Origin: Patescibacteria group bacterium
GTDB taxonomy: Bacteria; Patescibacteriota; Minisyncoccia; Moranbacterales; UBA2206
Reading direction: 5' to 3'
DNA length: 64,000 nucleotides
Assembly (NCBI GenBank): GCA_022711335.1
Contig: JAKLFF010000001.1
Span: 405,754 to 469,753, forward strand
Shown here: positions 7,924 through 16,816 of the stretch, in pieces
Numbering within the stretch: position 1 is the first letter of the stretch
Layout of the letters: each line of letters begins with the position of its first letter
The notes under the pieces: model-generated
What the model was told of the DNA's origin: nothing
Databases searched by the model: none
The model's input: only the letters and a program-made list of their open reading frames with translations
Translations under genes and position numbers: made by a program

Positions 7924-9051
7924 ATGTCTCTCACTCCCCAAGAACAATTCAAGAAATTTCTGGAAAGTTCCAAAGATATCCTTATTCTTATTCCGGAAAA
8001 TCCTTCTGCTGACGCAGTTGGATCCGCTTGGGCACTCTATTTCTTCCTCCAAAACAAAAAATTAGTTCCGACAATTGCTTTTTCCAACAATTTATCCCAA
8101 AAATACAGTTTTTTGCCAAAACCTGAACGAATTCTTTCTGAAATTTCCGGCGCACGCGATTTTGTTTTGTCTTTCGATATCAGCCGAAATAAAATCACAG
8201 GTCTCCGAAGCGAAGAAAAGGACGGAAAATTCGTCATCTATCTAACTCCGGAAAAAGGCACTATTGATCCGAGGGATTTTTCGTTTATCTTGGCCAAATT
8301 CAAATATGATCTCATAATCGCGCTCGACAGTCCGGATTTGGAAAAGCTTGGAAAAATATACACGGAAAATACTGATTTGTTTTTTGAAGTTCCTATTGTG
8401 AATATAGATCATCGAAGCGATAACGATAATTTCGGGCAAATTAATCTCGTTGATGTGACTGCCTCATCCTGCTCGGAAATTCTCTCAGGAGCGTTTGAAA
8501 GCATTGATCCGCTTTCAATAGACAAGCTTGTGGCCACATGCCTTCTTTCCGGCATTATCGGCGCTACCGACAGCTTTCAGAAAAAAAATACTACTCCCAG
8601 ATCTTTTTCCACTGCCGCTATCCTTATGGATAAAGGCGCCGACCAGCAGGAAATTGTCCGCTGGCTTTATAAAACTCATCCTTTGCATATCTTGAAGCTC
8701 TGGGGCCGTGCCATGGCCAAGCTTAATTGGGATCCGGATTCCAAATTGGTCTGGTCGGAAATCAGCCTTGAAGATTTCATTCAAAGCCGGGCTAATCCCG
8801 CCGACCTGACTTTGATTTTGGAAAAACTGCAAGAAAGCTATTCGGATGGAAAAATTTTTATGGCCATACATAATGACACGCCGGCATCTTCCACGGCCTG
8901 TATAAAGACGGCTGATATTGAAATTGCCAAGAAAATTTATTTAGCTTTTGGCGGAGAAATAAGACGAGGAATTTTGGAAATAAAATTTGAAAAATCCAAC
9001 CTGACTGGAGTTGGAAAAGCCGTAGCAGAAAAAATAAAAAATATTGTTTGA
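7924..9051 (+). CDS. DHH/DHHA1-family phosphoesterase (NrnA-like)
   Basis: 375 aa. The N-terminal DHH-like region (ILILIPENPSADAVGSAWAL; IDHRSDND) and a C-terminal DHHA1-like region resemble the NrnA/RecJ-like family; the motif is DHR rather than canonical DHH. Confidence 0.5.
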   Translation: MSLTPQEQFKKFLESSKDILILIPENPSADAVGSAWALYFFLQNKKLVPTIAFSNNLSQKYSFLPKPERILSEISGARDFVLSFDISRNKITGLRSEEKDGKFVIYLTPEKGTIDPRDFSFILAKFKYDLIIALDSPDLEKLGKIYTENTDLFFEVPIVNIDHRSDNDNFGQINLVDVTASSCSEILSGAFESIDPLSIDKLVATCLLSGIIGATDSFQKKNTTPRSFSTAAILMDKGADQQEIVRWLYKTHPLHILKLWGRAMAKLNWDPDSKLVWSEISLEDFIQSRANPADLTLILEKLQESYSDGKIFMAIHNDTPASSTACIKTADIEIAKKIYLAFGGEIRRGILEIKFEKSNLTGVGKAVAEKIKNIV

Positions 9052-9142
9052 ATATTGAATTTAGTATTTGTGGAATTTAGAATAAAAATGCTACTAATAT
9101 ATTCCACATTCAAGATTCCCATTCAAAATTTGAAATTCTCAA

Positions 9143-9170
9143 GACCCTTCGGTCTTTTTTATTTTTTTAT
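9143..9170 (+). terminator. Rho-independent terminator after the DHH gene
   Basis: AGACCCTTCGGTCT hairpin followed by TTTTTTATTTTTTT. Confidence 0.5.
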
Positions 9171-9190
9171 CTTTATGCTAAACTTATCAT

Positions 9191-12100
9191 ATGATAAAGA
9201 TAGTGAAAAAAATATCGTCCGAAGAAAAATCCGAAAAAGAAATACAGACTCAAAAAATTCTTTCCAAAATGCGCCGGGAATCTGAAGAAGAGCAAGCCTC
9301 TGTTTTTGCCGCGTCTCTTAATCTTCCTTACATAGACACCAATCTTGTTCCAATTGCAACTGACGCCATAAAAACTCTGACGGAAGAAGAATCTAAAAAA
9401 TATAATCTGGCCATTATCCAAAAAATGGCCCGGATTGTGACAGCTGTTTCTACCGATCCATTTGAAAATAAAACCCAGGATTTTATCAAAAAACTTACCC
9501 GAGAAAATGGCTGGCAGATAAAAGTTTTTGTAGTTTCCCGCACCAATCTTGAACGCATTTGGGAAAAATACAAAAAAATCGTCTTTGTCGATTATCTTGA
9601 TCAGATGGCAGTAAACTTGTCGGGGGAAGAACTGGAAAATTTTGAAGAAGAACTTAAGGAGCTCATTACCCTGAAACAGAGGATATCAGAGCTTTCCACA
9701 ACCCAAATAATTGATATTATCATGGCCGGAGGCCATAAGCTTGGCGCCTCCGATATCCACCTTGAGCCTCAAGAAAAAGAAGTTAGGCTTCGATACAGAA
9801 TCGACGGAGTTCTCCAAGATATCGCCTTTTTCCCGCTTAATGTTTTCAAATCCATAACTTCAAGAATAAAAATGATGGGCGGCATGAAGATTAATGTCCG
9901 AGACATCGCCCAAGATGGAACTTTTAAAATTAAAATTAAGTCCAAAAAAGACGAAAAGAAAATTGATACCCGGGTTTCGATTATTCCTGGAAATTTCGGA
10001 GAGTCTATTGTAATCCGGCTTCTTAATCCTGAATCCGTAAATGTTAAATTGGAAACTCTGGGGCTTCGGGGTCTGGCTTATGAACAAATCCAAAAACAAA
10101 TAATAGCTCCCAATGGAATGATCTTAAATACCGGTCCGACCGGCAGCGGAAAAACGACTACGCTTTATGCCATCATCAACAAACTTAATGAGCCGGACAA
10201 AAAAATAGTCACTATTGAAGATCCGATTGAATACGAACTTCCCGGAATTTCCCAATCCCAAGTTGAAAAATCAAGAGGCTATACGTTTGCTTCCGGACTT
10301 CGCGCCATTGTCCGGCAAGATCCAGACATAATTCTAGTCGGAGAAATCCGCGACGACGAAACAGCTGATATTGCCATAAATTCAGCGCTTACCGGACATC
10401 TGGTGCTTTCATCGCTTCACACCAACAATGCTATCGGATCTATCCCAAGGCTTATTGAGCTTGGGACCAAACCTTCCCTCATCTCGCCGTCAATCAACGC
10501 AATCATCGGACAAAGGCTGGTGCGGAAGCTTTGCGATTGCAAAGAGGCTTATGAACCAGCCAAGGAATCCATTGAATCTCTAAAAAAAATCCTTTCAATT
10601 ATCTCTCCCAAATCTAAAATTGATGTTCCCAAAAATATTTTCAAACTTTATCGGGCCAAGGGATGCCCGAAATGCAATAGCCTGGGATATAAGGGACGCA
10701 TTGGAATATTCGAAGTTCTCACTATTAATCCGGAAATAGAAAAATTAGTCATGGATTTGGCATCAGAAACAGAGCTTACCTTAGCCGCGCTAGAATCAGG
10801 CATGATCACCATGCTCCAGGATGGAATCCTAAAAGCCTTGGAAGGGATAACTTCGATTGACGAAGTGAAAAGAGTAACCGGCGAAGGAGAATTTTTAGAA
10901 GATATTTATGAAAAACTGATGGCTGCAACATTGGGGAGATCAATTCTTATCGATTCCAAAAGTTATAAGTCCGCCAAAGATAATATTGGAAATTTTAAAA
11001 AATTTCAGAAAATTATTTCTAAAGCCAAAACCACTGAAATTGCAAAAATACTTTTTGCCGCCGCTTCTATTTTGGGTGTGGGAGATATTCACATTGAGCC
11101 CCAGGCAAAATCCGTGAAAATAAGATTTCGGATTGACGGGATCCTTCAAGATGTAGCATCTATTTCACTTACTGAATACCCAGCTTTTTTAGGAGAAATA
11201 AAATTGCTTTCCGGAGTGAAAACAGAAGTGCGCCAGGGAGTAGTTGACAGCCGCTTTACTATAAAATTTGACGAAGATATTAAAGATGCTCGTGAACCAG
11301 CCACTGATGTACGTGTTTCCATAATATTAGGCGGTTATGGAGAAACTGTAGTACTTCGTCTATTGTTTAAAACCAATCTCGAATACGATTTAAAAAAATT
11401 AGGCATCCGGCAGCAAAATCTGGACAAAATAATGGAAGAAATATCAAAGCCTAATGGCGTAATCCTCAATACCGGGCCAACTGGAAGCGGAAAAACTACG
11501 ACACTTTATAGTATTTTGAAGCATCTCAATAAGCCGGAGGCAAAAATAATCACCGTGGAAGACCCGATTGAATATCAAATGGAAGGAATTTTGCAAACGC
11601 CCGTCAATGACAAAGAAGGTTATACTTTTGCAACAGCTCTTCGCCAGCTTCTTCGCCAGAATCCAGATGTAATGATGATCGGAGAAATTCGAGATGATGA
11701 GACCGCTAAAATTGCCATGCAAGCCGCACTCACCGGACACTTAGTTTTTTCCACGCTTCATACGAACAGTGCTGCCGGAGCCGTAGCAAGACTGGCTAAT
11801 ATGGGAATATCGCCCCAGGATATCGCTATGGCCTGCGATGCTTTTATCGCCCAGCGCCTTATTCGAAGACTTTGCGATTGCAAAAAGAAAGTTAAACCGA
11901 CTGTCGAAGAAAAAGCTACAATTGAAAAAGTTTTGAAAACCATTTCCCAAAAATCCGGAGTGACTGTTCCAAAAATCGGAGATATTTACAAACCGGGAGG
12001 ATGCAAAAAATGCAATCACATCGGATACAAAGGCCGCATGACTGTAAGTGAAGTGTTTAAAATAACAAAAAACATTCAAGAGCTCGTCACTCGCGGAGCT

Positions 12101-12226
12101 ATCACTTCTGAACTTCAAGATAAAGCCGTAACTGATGGAATGCTGACTATGACACAAGACGGGATTTTACGGGTTTTGGAAGGAGAAACAACGCTGGAAG
12201 AAGTGGAGAGGGTGACGGATTTATAG
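9191..12226 (+). CDS. Tandem-fused double GspE/PilB-type secretion ATPase (type II secretion / type IV pilus assembly ATPase family)
   Basis: 1011 aa with two complete ATPase units. Each unit has a Walker A (GPTGSGKTTTLYAII and GPTGSGKTTTLYSIL), an Asp/His box (DPDIILVGEIRDDETA...LSSLHTN and NPDVMMIGEIRDDETA...FSTLHTN), and a tetracysteine motif (CDCK...GCPKCN and CDCK...GCKKCN). Confidence 0.8.
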   Translation: MIKIVKKISSEEKSEKEIQTQKILSKMRRESEEEQASVFAASLNLPYIDTNLVPIATDAIKTLTEEESKKYNLAIIQKMARIVTAVSTDPFENKTQDFIKKLTRENGWQIKVFVVSRTNLERIWEKYKKIVFVDYLDQMAVNLSGEELENFEEELKELITLKQRISELSTTQIIDIIMAGGHKLGASDIHLEPQEKEVRLRYRIDGVLQDIAFFPLNVFKSITSRIKMMGGMKINVRDIAQDGTFKIKIKSKKDEKKIDTRVSIIPGNFGESIVIRLLNPESVNVKLETLGLRGLAYEQIQKQIIAPNGMILNTGPTGSGKTTTLYAIINKLNEPDKKIVTIEDPIEYELPGISQSQVEKSRGYTFASGLRAIVRQDPDIILVGEIRDDETADIAINSALTGHLVLSSLHTNNAIGSIPRLIELGTKPSLISPSINAIIGQRLVRKLCDCKEAYEPAKESIESLKKILSIISPKSKIDVPKNIFKLYRAKGCPKCNSLGYKGRIGIFEVLTINPEIEKLVMDLASETELTLAALESGMITMLQDGILKALEGITSIDEVKRVTGEGEFLEDIYEKLMAATLGRSILIDSKSYKSAKDNIGNFKKFQKIISKAKTTEIAKILFAAASILGVGDIHIEPQAKSVKIRFRIDGILQDVASISLTEYPAFLGEIKLLSGVKTEVRQGVVDSRFTIKFDEDIKDAREPATDVRVSIILGGYGETVVLRLLFKTNLEYDLKKLGIRQQNLDKIMEEISKPNGVILNTGPTGSGKTTTLYSILKHLNKPEAKIITVEDPIEYQMEGILQTPVNDKEGYTFATALRQLLRQNPDVMMIGEIRDDETAKIAMQAALTGHLVFSTLHTNSAAGAVARLANMGISPQDIAMACDAFIAQRLIRRLCDCKKKVKPTVEEKATIEKVLKTISQKSGVTVPKIGDIYKPGGCKKCNHIGYKGRMTVSEVFKITKNIQELVTRGAITSELQDKAVTDGMLTMTQDGILRVLEGETTLEEVERVTDL

Positions 12227-12350
12227 TTGAATTTAGAATTGTGAATTTAGTATTTTGAATGGGAATATAGAATTTTGAATACTAGTGAATTCTAAATTCT
12301 TTATCCTTAACTCCCATTCTAAATTCTAAATACTAAATTCAAAATTCCAT
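12227..12350. repeat. AATTCTAAAT-family intergenic inverted-repeat element
   Basis: GAATTTAGAATT / GAATTTAGTATTT / GAATGGGAAT units are followed by their inverse complements (ATTCTAAATTC, CCCATTCTAAATTCTAAATACTAAATTC). The same motif family recurs at 9058-9090, 27270-27440, 35310-35345, 39695-39720 and 40210-40340, always just downstream of genes. Confidence 0.55.
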
Positions 12351-12782
12351 TAATAAAAGGCAGGTTCCTTTCTGTTTCTGTTTTGTTAACTATTAAAGGT
12401 AATCAGTGGTTCTGACAATAATCTGCAGGCAAGATCCCAAAGCAAGGCCCCGGGGGAAGAAACAGTGTCGAGGAACGGCACAGCCGAAACCAAACCGCCC
12501 ATGTCTGGACAAAAAAGTTTCCTAATTGAAGACAAAAGATAGAAGCCTCCAATTGCCTACAGTTTACTGCTAATCATCTAAAAAACGCGCAAATGCGATG
12601 TTTTTGATGACTTTAGAGCGTAGCATAACTTCCTTTTTTTGTCAAACGGGTATATAATAACACTAGGATTAATTTACAATGATCAATTATCAATTTACAT
12701 TGAATTAACAATTGATTAATTTTCAAAATTGAGTCATTGAAAATTGATTGAAAATTGTAAATTGAAAATTGAAAATTTACTG

Positions 12783-13802
12783 ATGATTGTTAATGCAAGC
12801 GAACAAAGCGAAGATATAAGTTTAGACATTACACTAAGACCTCAATCTTTCAATGAGTATGTCGGCCAGGAAAAGGTCAAAAAAAATCTGGACATTCTGA
12901 TCCGCGCCGCCAAAAAAAGAGAGGAACCGATTGAGCATGTTTTGCTTTACGGCCCGGCGGGACTTGGCAAAACGACTCTGGCCAATATCATTGCCAAAGA
13001 AATGGGGGTGAATATCAAGACTACTTCCGGTCCGGCAATTGAAAGAGTGGGAGATTTTGGATCGATTCTCACCAATCTGTCCGACGGCGATATACTTTTC
13101 ATTGATGAAATCCATCGGCTCAACAAATCCATTGAAGAAATTCTTTATCCGGCCATGGAAGACTATAAGCTGGATATTATCATCGGAAAAGGCCCTTCGG
13201 CCCGAACCATTCAGCTCGATCTTCCCAAATTCACTTTAATCGGCGCTACTACAAAGTTGGGATCGATTTCCAATCCCCTGCGAAACCGCTTTGGTGCCAT
13301 TCATCGGCTGGATTTTTATGAAAACAGCGAGATTGAAAAAATAATTGAGCGTTCATCTAAAATTTTGGAAGTGCCAATGGAAAAATCGGGTTTGTGCAAA
13401 ATTGCCAGCTGCGCGCGGCGCACTCCAAGAGTGGCTAACAGGCTACTTAAGCGCGTCCGCGATTTTTCCCAAATCAATAATCATAAGTCTATTGACAGCG
13501 CCATTGCCGAGGAAGCCCTTGAACTCATCGACGTTGATCATATCGGACTTGAACCGGCTGATCGGCAAATTTTGAAAACTATCATTGAAAAATTCGGAGG
13601 CGGACCGGTAGGGCTTGGAACAATCGCCGCCGCTACGCAAGAAGAAATAAAAACCATTGAGGATGTTTATGAGCCATATCTTATCCAGATCGGATTTTTG
13701 GCCAGAACTCCGCGCGGAAGGATGGCTACCCAAAGTGCCTACGATCATTTGGGGATTTTGCCTTCTCAAAATCAAAATACCACAGCATCTTTAGATATAT
13801 AA
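12783..13802 (+). CDS. ruvB: Holliday junction branch migration ATPase RuvB
   Basis: [13 protein letters not shown], Walker [15 protein letters not shown], Walker [10 protein letters not shown], and the sensor/arginine finger region ...[21 protein letters not shown]. The track ORF starts at 12744; the ATG at 12783 is more plausible. Confidence 0.85.
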   Translation: MIVNASEQSEDISLDITLRPQSFNEYVGQEKVKKNLDILIRAAKKREEPIEHVLLYGPAGLGKTTLANIIAKEMGVNIKTTSGPAIERVGDFGSILTNLSDGDILFIDEIHRLNKSIEEILYPAMEDYKLDIIIGKGPSARTIQLDLPKFTLIGATTKLGSISNPLRNRFGAIHRLDFYENSEIEKIIERSSKILEVPMEKSGLCKIASCARRTPRVANRLLKRVRDFSQINNHKSIDSAIAEEALELIDVDHIGLEPADRQILKTIIEKFGGGPVGLGTIAAATQEEIKTIEDVYEPYLIQIGFLARTPRGRMATQSAYDHLGILPSQNQNTTASLDI

Positions 13803-13881
13803 GCCAAGCCCGAACCTGAATTTGCAATTTTGGCGAGGGAGTAAATATTTTCACCCTGTTGAATAATCCCGCTAAGCGGAA

Positions 13882-14139
13882 TTGCGCCAAAGGCGTATTC
13901 AACAAAACAAGCCTATTATGATTATTTTAATTTGGTCTCTTTATTTAATAATTATATTCATATTTCTGGCTATTTCCGCGTTTATTATCTACCATCTCAA
14001 AAAATATTCTCAAAATTCCCCCCTCAACAAAATGTTTCTTCCTTTTTTCGCGATAATTTCAGCGCTTCTCCTGTTTTCTAATCTTCTCCTGTTTTCTTCA
14101 ATAAATTGGAGCGGCATACTCGCTAAAATTTCAATCTAA
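13882..14139 (+). CDS. Hypothetical small membrane protein
   Basis: 85-aa ORF with two hydrophobic helices. Co-directional with and immediately upstream of the PH-domain membrane protein. Confidence 0.3.
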   Translation: MRQRRIQQNKPIMIILIWSLYLIIIFIFLAISAFIIYHLKKYSQNSPLNKMFLPFFAIISALLLFSNLLLFSSINWSGILAKISI

Positions 14140-14148
14140 ACTTTCATT

Positions 14149-14739
14149 ATGAGAAATTATAAAAACTTCCACTTTGAGGGGCAAAAATCAGACGAACAAA
14201 TTCTTATCGTTCTTCATCGCTTTTGGTTTGATATCTTAAGCCAATTCTTTGTCATTTTCGCGATGCTCTTCATTCTCATCGGAAGCTTTATCTGGCTGCC
14301 TTTGTTTTTTCCGGAACTCCAAAATGAATCGGCTCGAAAATTTTTTCTTTTTTTGGAAAATACATTTTTCATGCTGCTTTGGATTATTTCTTTCCTAGTT
14401 TGGATTGATTATTATTTCGACGTCTGGATTGTTACTGATCGGCGCATAGTAAATATTGAACAAAAAGGGCTCTTTTCTAGAACTATAAGCGAACTGGAAC
14501 TTGAAAAAGTCCAGGATATCACGACTAATGTGCATGGAGTAATTCCCACCTTTCTAAATTATGGCGATCTCCAGGTGCAAACAGCCGCCGAACAGGAAAA
14601 ATTCCTTTTTCACAACATCCCGGATCCCTATTCAGTCAAGGATCTTATTATGAATCTTCAAAAAAAGCAGGAAAGAAAAGAGAAGCATATCTTTTCTGAA
14701 ATGATTGCCAAAAAAGTCCATCACGAAGATTCAATTTAG
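14149..14739 (+). CDS. Membrane protein with bacterial PH (bPH_2/YdbS-like) domain
   Basis: Two N-terminal TM helices, then VWIVTDRRIVNIEQKGLFSRTISELELEKVQDITTNVHGVIPTFLNYGDLQVQTA, the typical bPH_2 fold pattern. Confidence 0.45.
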   Translation: MRNYKNFHFEGQKSDEQILIVLHRFWFDILSQFFVIFAMLFILIGSFIWLPLFFPELQNESARKFFLFLENTFFMLLWIISFLVWIDYYFDVWIVTDRRIVNIEQKGLFSRTISELELEKVQDITTNVHGVIPTFLNYGDLQVQTAAEQEKFLFHNIPDPYSVKDLIMNLQKKQERKEKHIFSEMIAKKVHHEDSI

Positions 14740-14864
14740 TTGTCGTTTTGAACTTGTCTGCCTGTCCGATAGGCGGGTTTCGAAATCTCTTAGCCAGTTA
14801 AATTAGATACTGAAACCTTCCATAAGCGGGCGAGTAAGTTCAGGATGACAAATTAAGTAAGGAG

Positions 14865-16760
14865 GTGAAAAATAAAATAAAAATAATTATACGTTTTTTT
14901 ATATTCGCACCGCTTTTGTGTATAGCGATTTTTATTTTCCCTAAAAAATGCCTATCTGAATCTTCGTTAAAACTTGGCCAGATACAATATAGCGGAGGAG
15001 CTGGAAAAACAGACGAGGATTTTATTAAAATACTCAATCCTACTGATGATAAAATTAATCTTAAGGGACATCGCCTGGTTAAAAGATCCACAGCATCAGC
15101 ACATGATACAACTATAAAAGCCTGGACAGAGGATGACTTTATTCCTCCAGAAGGATTTTATCTGTGGGCAAACAGCAAAAATGGATTCGCCGCAAGCATT
15201 AACGCAGGCGCCAGTACCACAGAAACAATTGCGGAAGGAAACGGCATCGCCTTAAGATTTGGAAAAGAAGATGAAGGAATCATTATTGACAGTATCAATT
15301 GGCAAGAAGAAAAAGAGCCGTCAGAAGAAAACCCTTCTCAAACAGAAGCAAAGAATTACCTGGAAAAAGTCAGATTCAATGAGATATTGCCTTCACCGAT
15401 CAGCGGCGAGAAAGAATTCGTGGAAATTATCAATTTGACTGAAGAAAGCATTGATTTTTCCAAATGGTATGTCAAAGATGAAAAAAATAACAAAAAATCA
15501 CTTTCTGGCGGAATTATAAAAAATAATTTTTATTACAAGCTTGATGCTTTTTCCTTGAACTCGGAAGGAGACTCTGTTTTTCTGTACGATGAAAATGATA
15601 ATCTAGTGGACAGCTTAAGCTATATCCGTTCAAAATCAAGCTATTCATATTCCTTCGATAAATCATCCTGGCGCTGGACAAAATATCCGACACCTGGAGA
15701 AGAAAATCGTTTTGAAAAAATTCTTGATGGAAAAATAAAAATGGACAGCGAAATATACGCCAATGTTTATGCTGATTTTGAAGCAAAAACCGGAAAAGAA
15801 ACCCAGAAATTCAAATGGAATTTTGGCGACAGCCGCGGAAGCACTCTCAAAAAAACCCGCCACAAATATGAAAAAGCCGGAACATATAATGCCTCCCTTA
15901 AAATATCCGGCGATGGAGAAGAAAGTATCCTATATTTTACAGTCAAAGTTGAAAATTACTCGGCTCCAAAAGTCAGGATTATAAAAATCGCCCCCAATCC
16001 GAAAGGCAAGGATTCAAAAGAATATATTGTTATTGAAAATAAATCCAAAAATAAAATCGATCTTGAAGGCTGGAGCATTGCCACCGGCTGGAAAGGTCTG
16101 GTTAACCATCCGATCAGAGACGATTTTATAATCAAGCCCGGAAAATCTAAAAAGCTTACCAAAAAAATATGCGCTTTCACGCTCAATAATTCCCAAAACA
16201 AGATTGAGTTGCGCTATCCAGATGGAAATGTGGCCCAAAAAATAAAATATAATCGAAAAAAAGACAAGATTGAAGATGATGAAATTTTTGAAATAACAGA
16301 AAAAAACTGGACGTGGAATAAACCGCAAAATAGCACGGGAGAAACATTGGCTGACGCAAAAAATGCTTCAACAAGTTCTTCCACCCTTGTCCCGCCAGAA
16401 GGCAAAGCACCAGAAGAAGACCCGGGGAACGCCGACCCAGAAAAAGAAAACGCTGCAAATCAGGAAGAAAATGTGCTAAATACTGATATTCAAATAGACA
16501 ACTTGGAATTCGAATCCAATCTCGGAAAATTTTCCGAAAACCCGAGCTTTACTGCCAAAAAGAAAAACCGCATCCAATTGGTAAGCTACGCCACGCAGAT
16601 TAATATGCCCGATTTTGTTCCAAAACCAACCGGCCAAATTGCCGGCGCTTACACGGAAAAAATTGTTTTTTTCGAAAAAAAACACTGGCTCCTCAAGACA
16701 ATCAGTCAAACATGGACTGGGCTTAATTCTGGAATAAACCAGCTTCTAAACAAACTTTAG
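14865..16760 (+). CDS. Secreted lamin-tail-domain (LTD) repeat protein with a PKD-like domain
   Basis: Signal peptide, then three LTD-like units (LKLGQIQYSGG...DDKINLKGHRLV; VRFNEILPSP...EFVEIINLTEESIDFSKWYV; VRIIKIAPNPKGKDSKEYIVIENKSKNKIDLEGWSI). A PKD-like segment (KFKWNFGDSRGS...YEKAGTYNASLKISGD) is also present. The track starts at a GTG at 14865, with AAGGAGG immediately upstream. Confidence 0.6.
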   Translation: MKNKIKIIIRFFIFAPLLCIAIFIFPKKCLSESSLKLGQIQYSGGAGKTDEDFIKILNPTDDKINLKGHRLVKRSTASAHDTTIKAWTEDDFIPPEGFYLWANSKNGFAASINAGASTTETIAEGNGIALRFGKEDEGIIIDSINWQEEKEPSEENPSQTEAKNYLEKVRFNEILPSPISGEKEFVEIINLTEESIDFSKWYVKDEKNNKKSLSGGIIKNNFYYKLDAFSLNSEGDSVFLYDENDNLVDSLSYIRSKSSYSYSFDKSSWRWTKYPTPGEENRFEKILDGKIKMDSEIYANVYADFEAKTGKETQKFKWNFGDSRGSTLKKTRHKYEKAGTYNASLKISGDGEESILYFTVKVENYSAPKVRIIKIAPNPKGKDSKEYIVIENKSKNKIDLEGWSIATGWKGLVNHPIRDDFIIKPGKSKKLTKKICAFTLNNSQNKIELRYPDGNVAQKIKYNRKKDKIEDDEIFEITEKNWTWNKPQNSTGETLADAKNASTSSSTLVPPEGKAPEEDPGNADPEKENAANQEENVLNTDIQIDNLEFESNLGKFSENPSFTAKKKNRIQLVSYATQINMPDFVPKPTGQIAGAYTEKIVFFEKKHWLLKTISQTWTGLNSGINQLLNKL

Positions 16761-16764
16761 GCAA

Positions 16765-16806
16765 AACATTCCGGAGAACCCGGAATGTTTCAGCTGTCTT
16801 TTTTAT
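16765..16806. terminator. Bidirectional intrinsic terminator between convergent genes
   Basis: AACATTCCGGAGAACCCGGAATGTT hairpin followed by a T-run on + and an A-run upstream. Confidence 0.55.
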
Positions 16807-16816
16807 TTTTCTTTTT

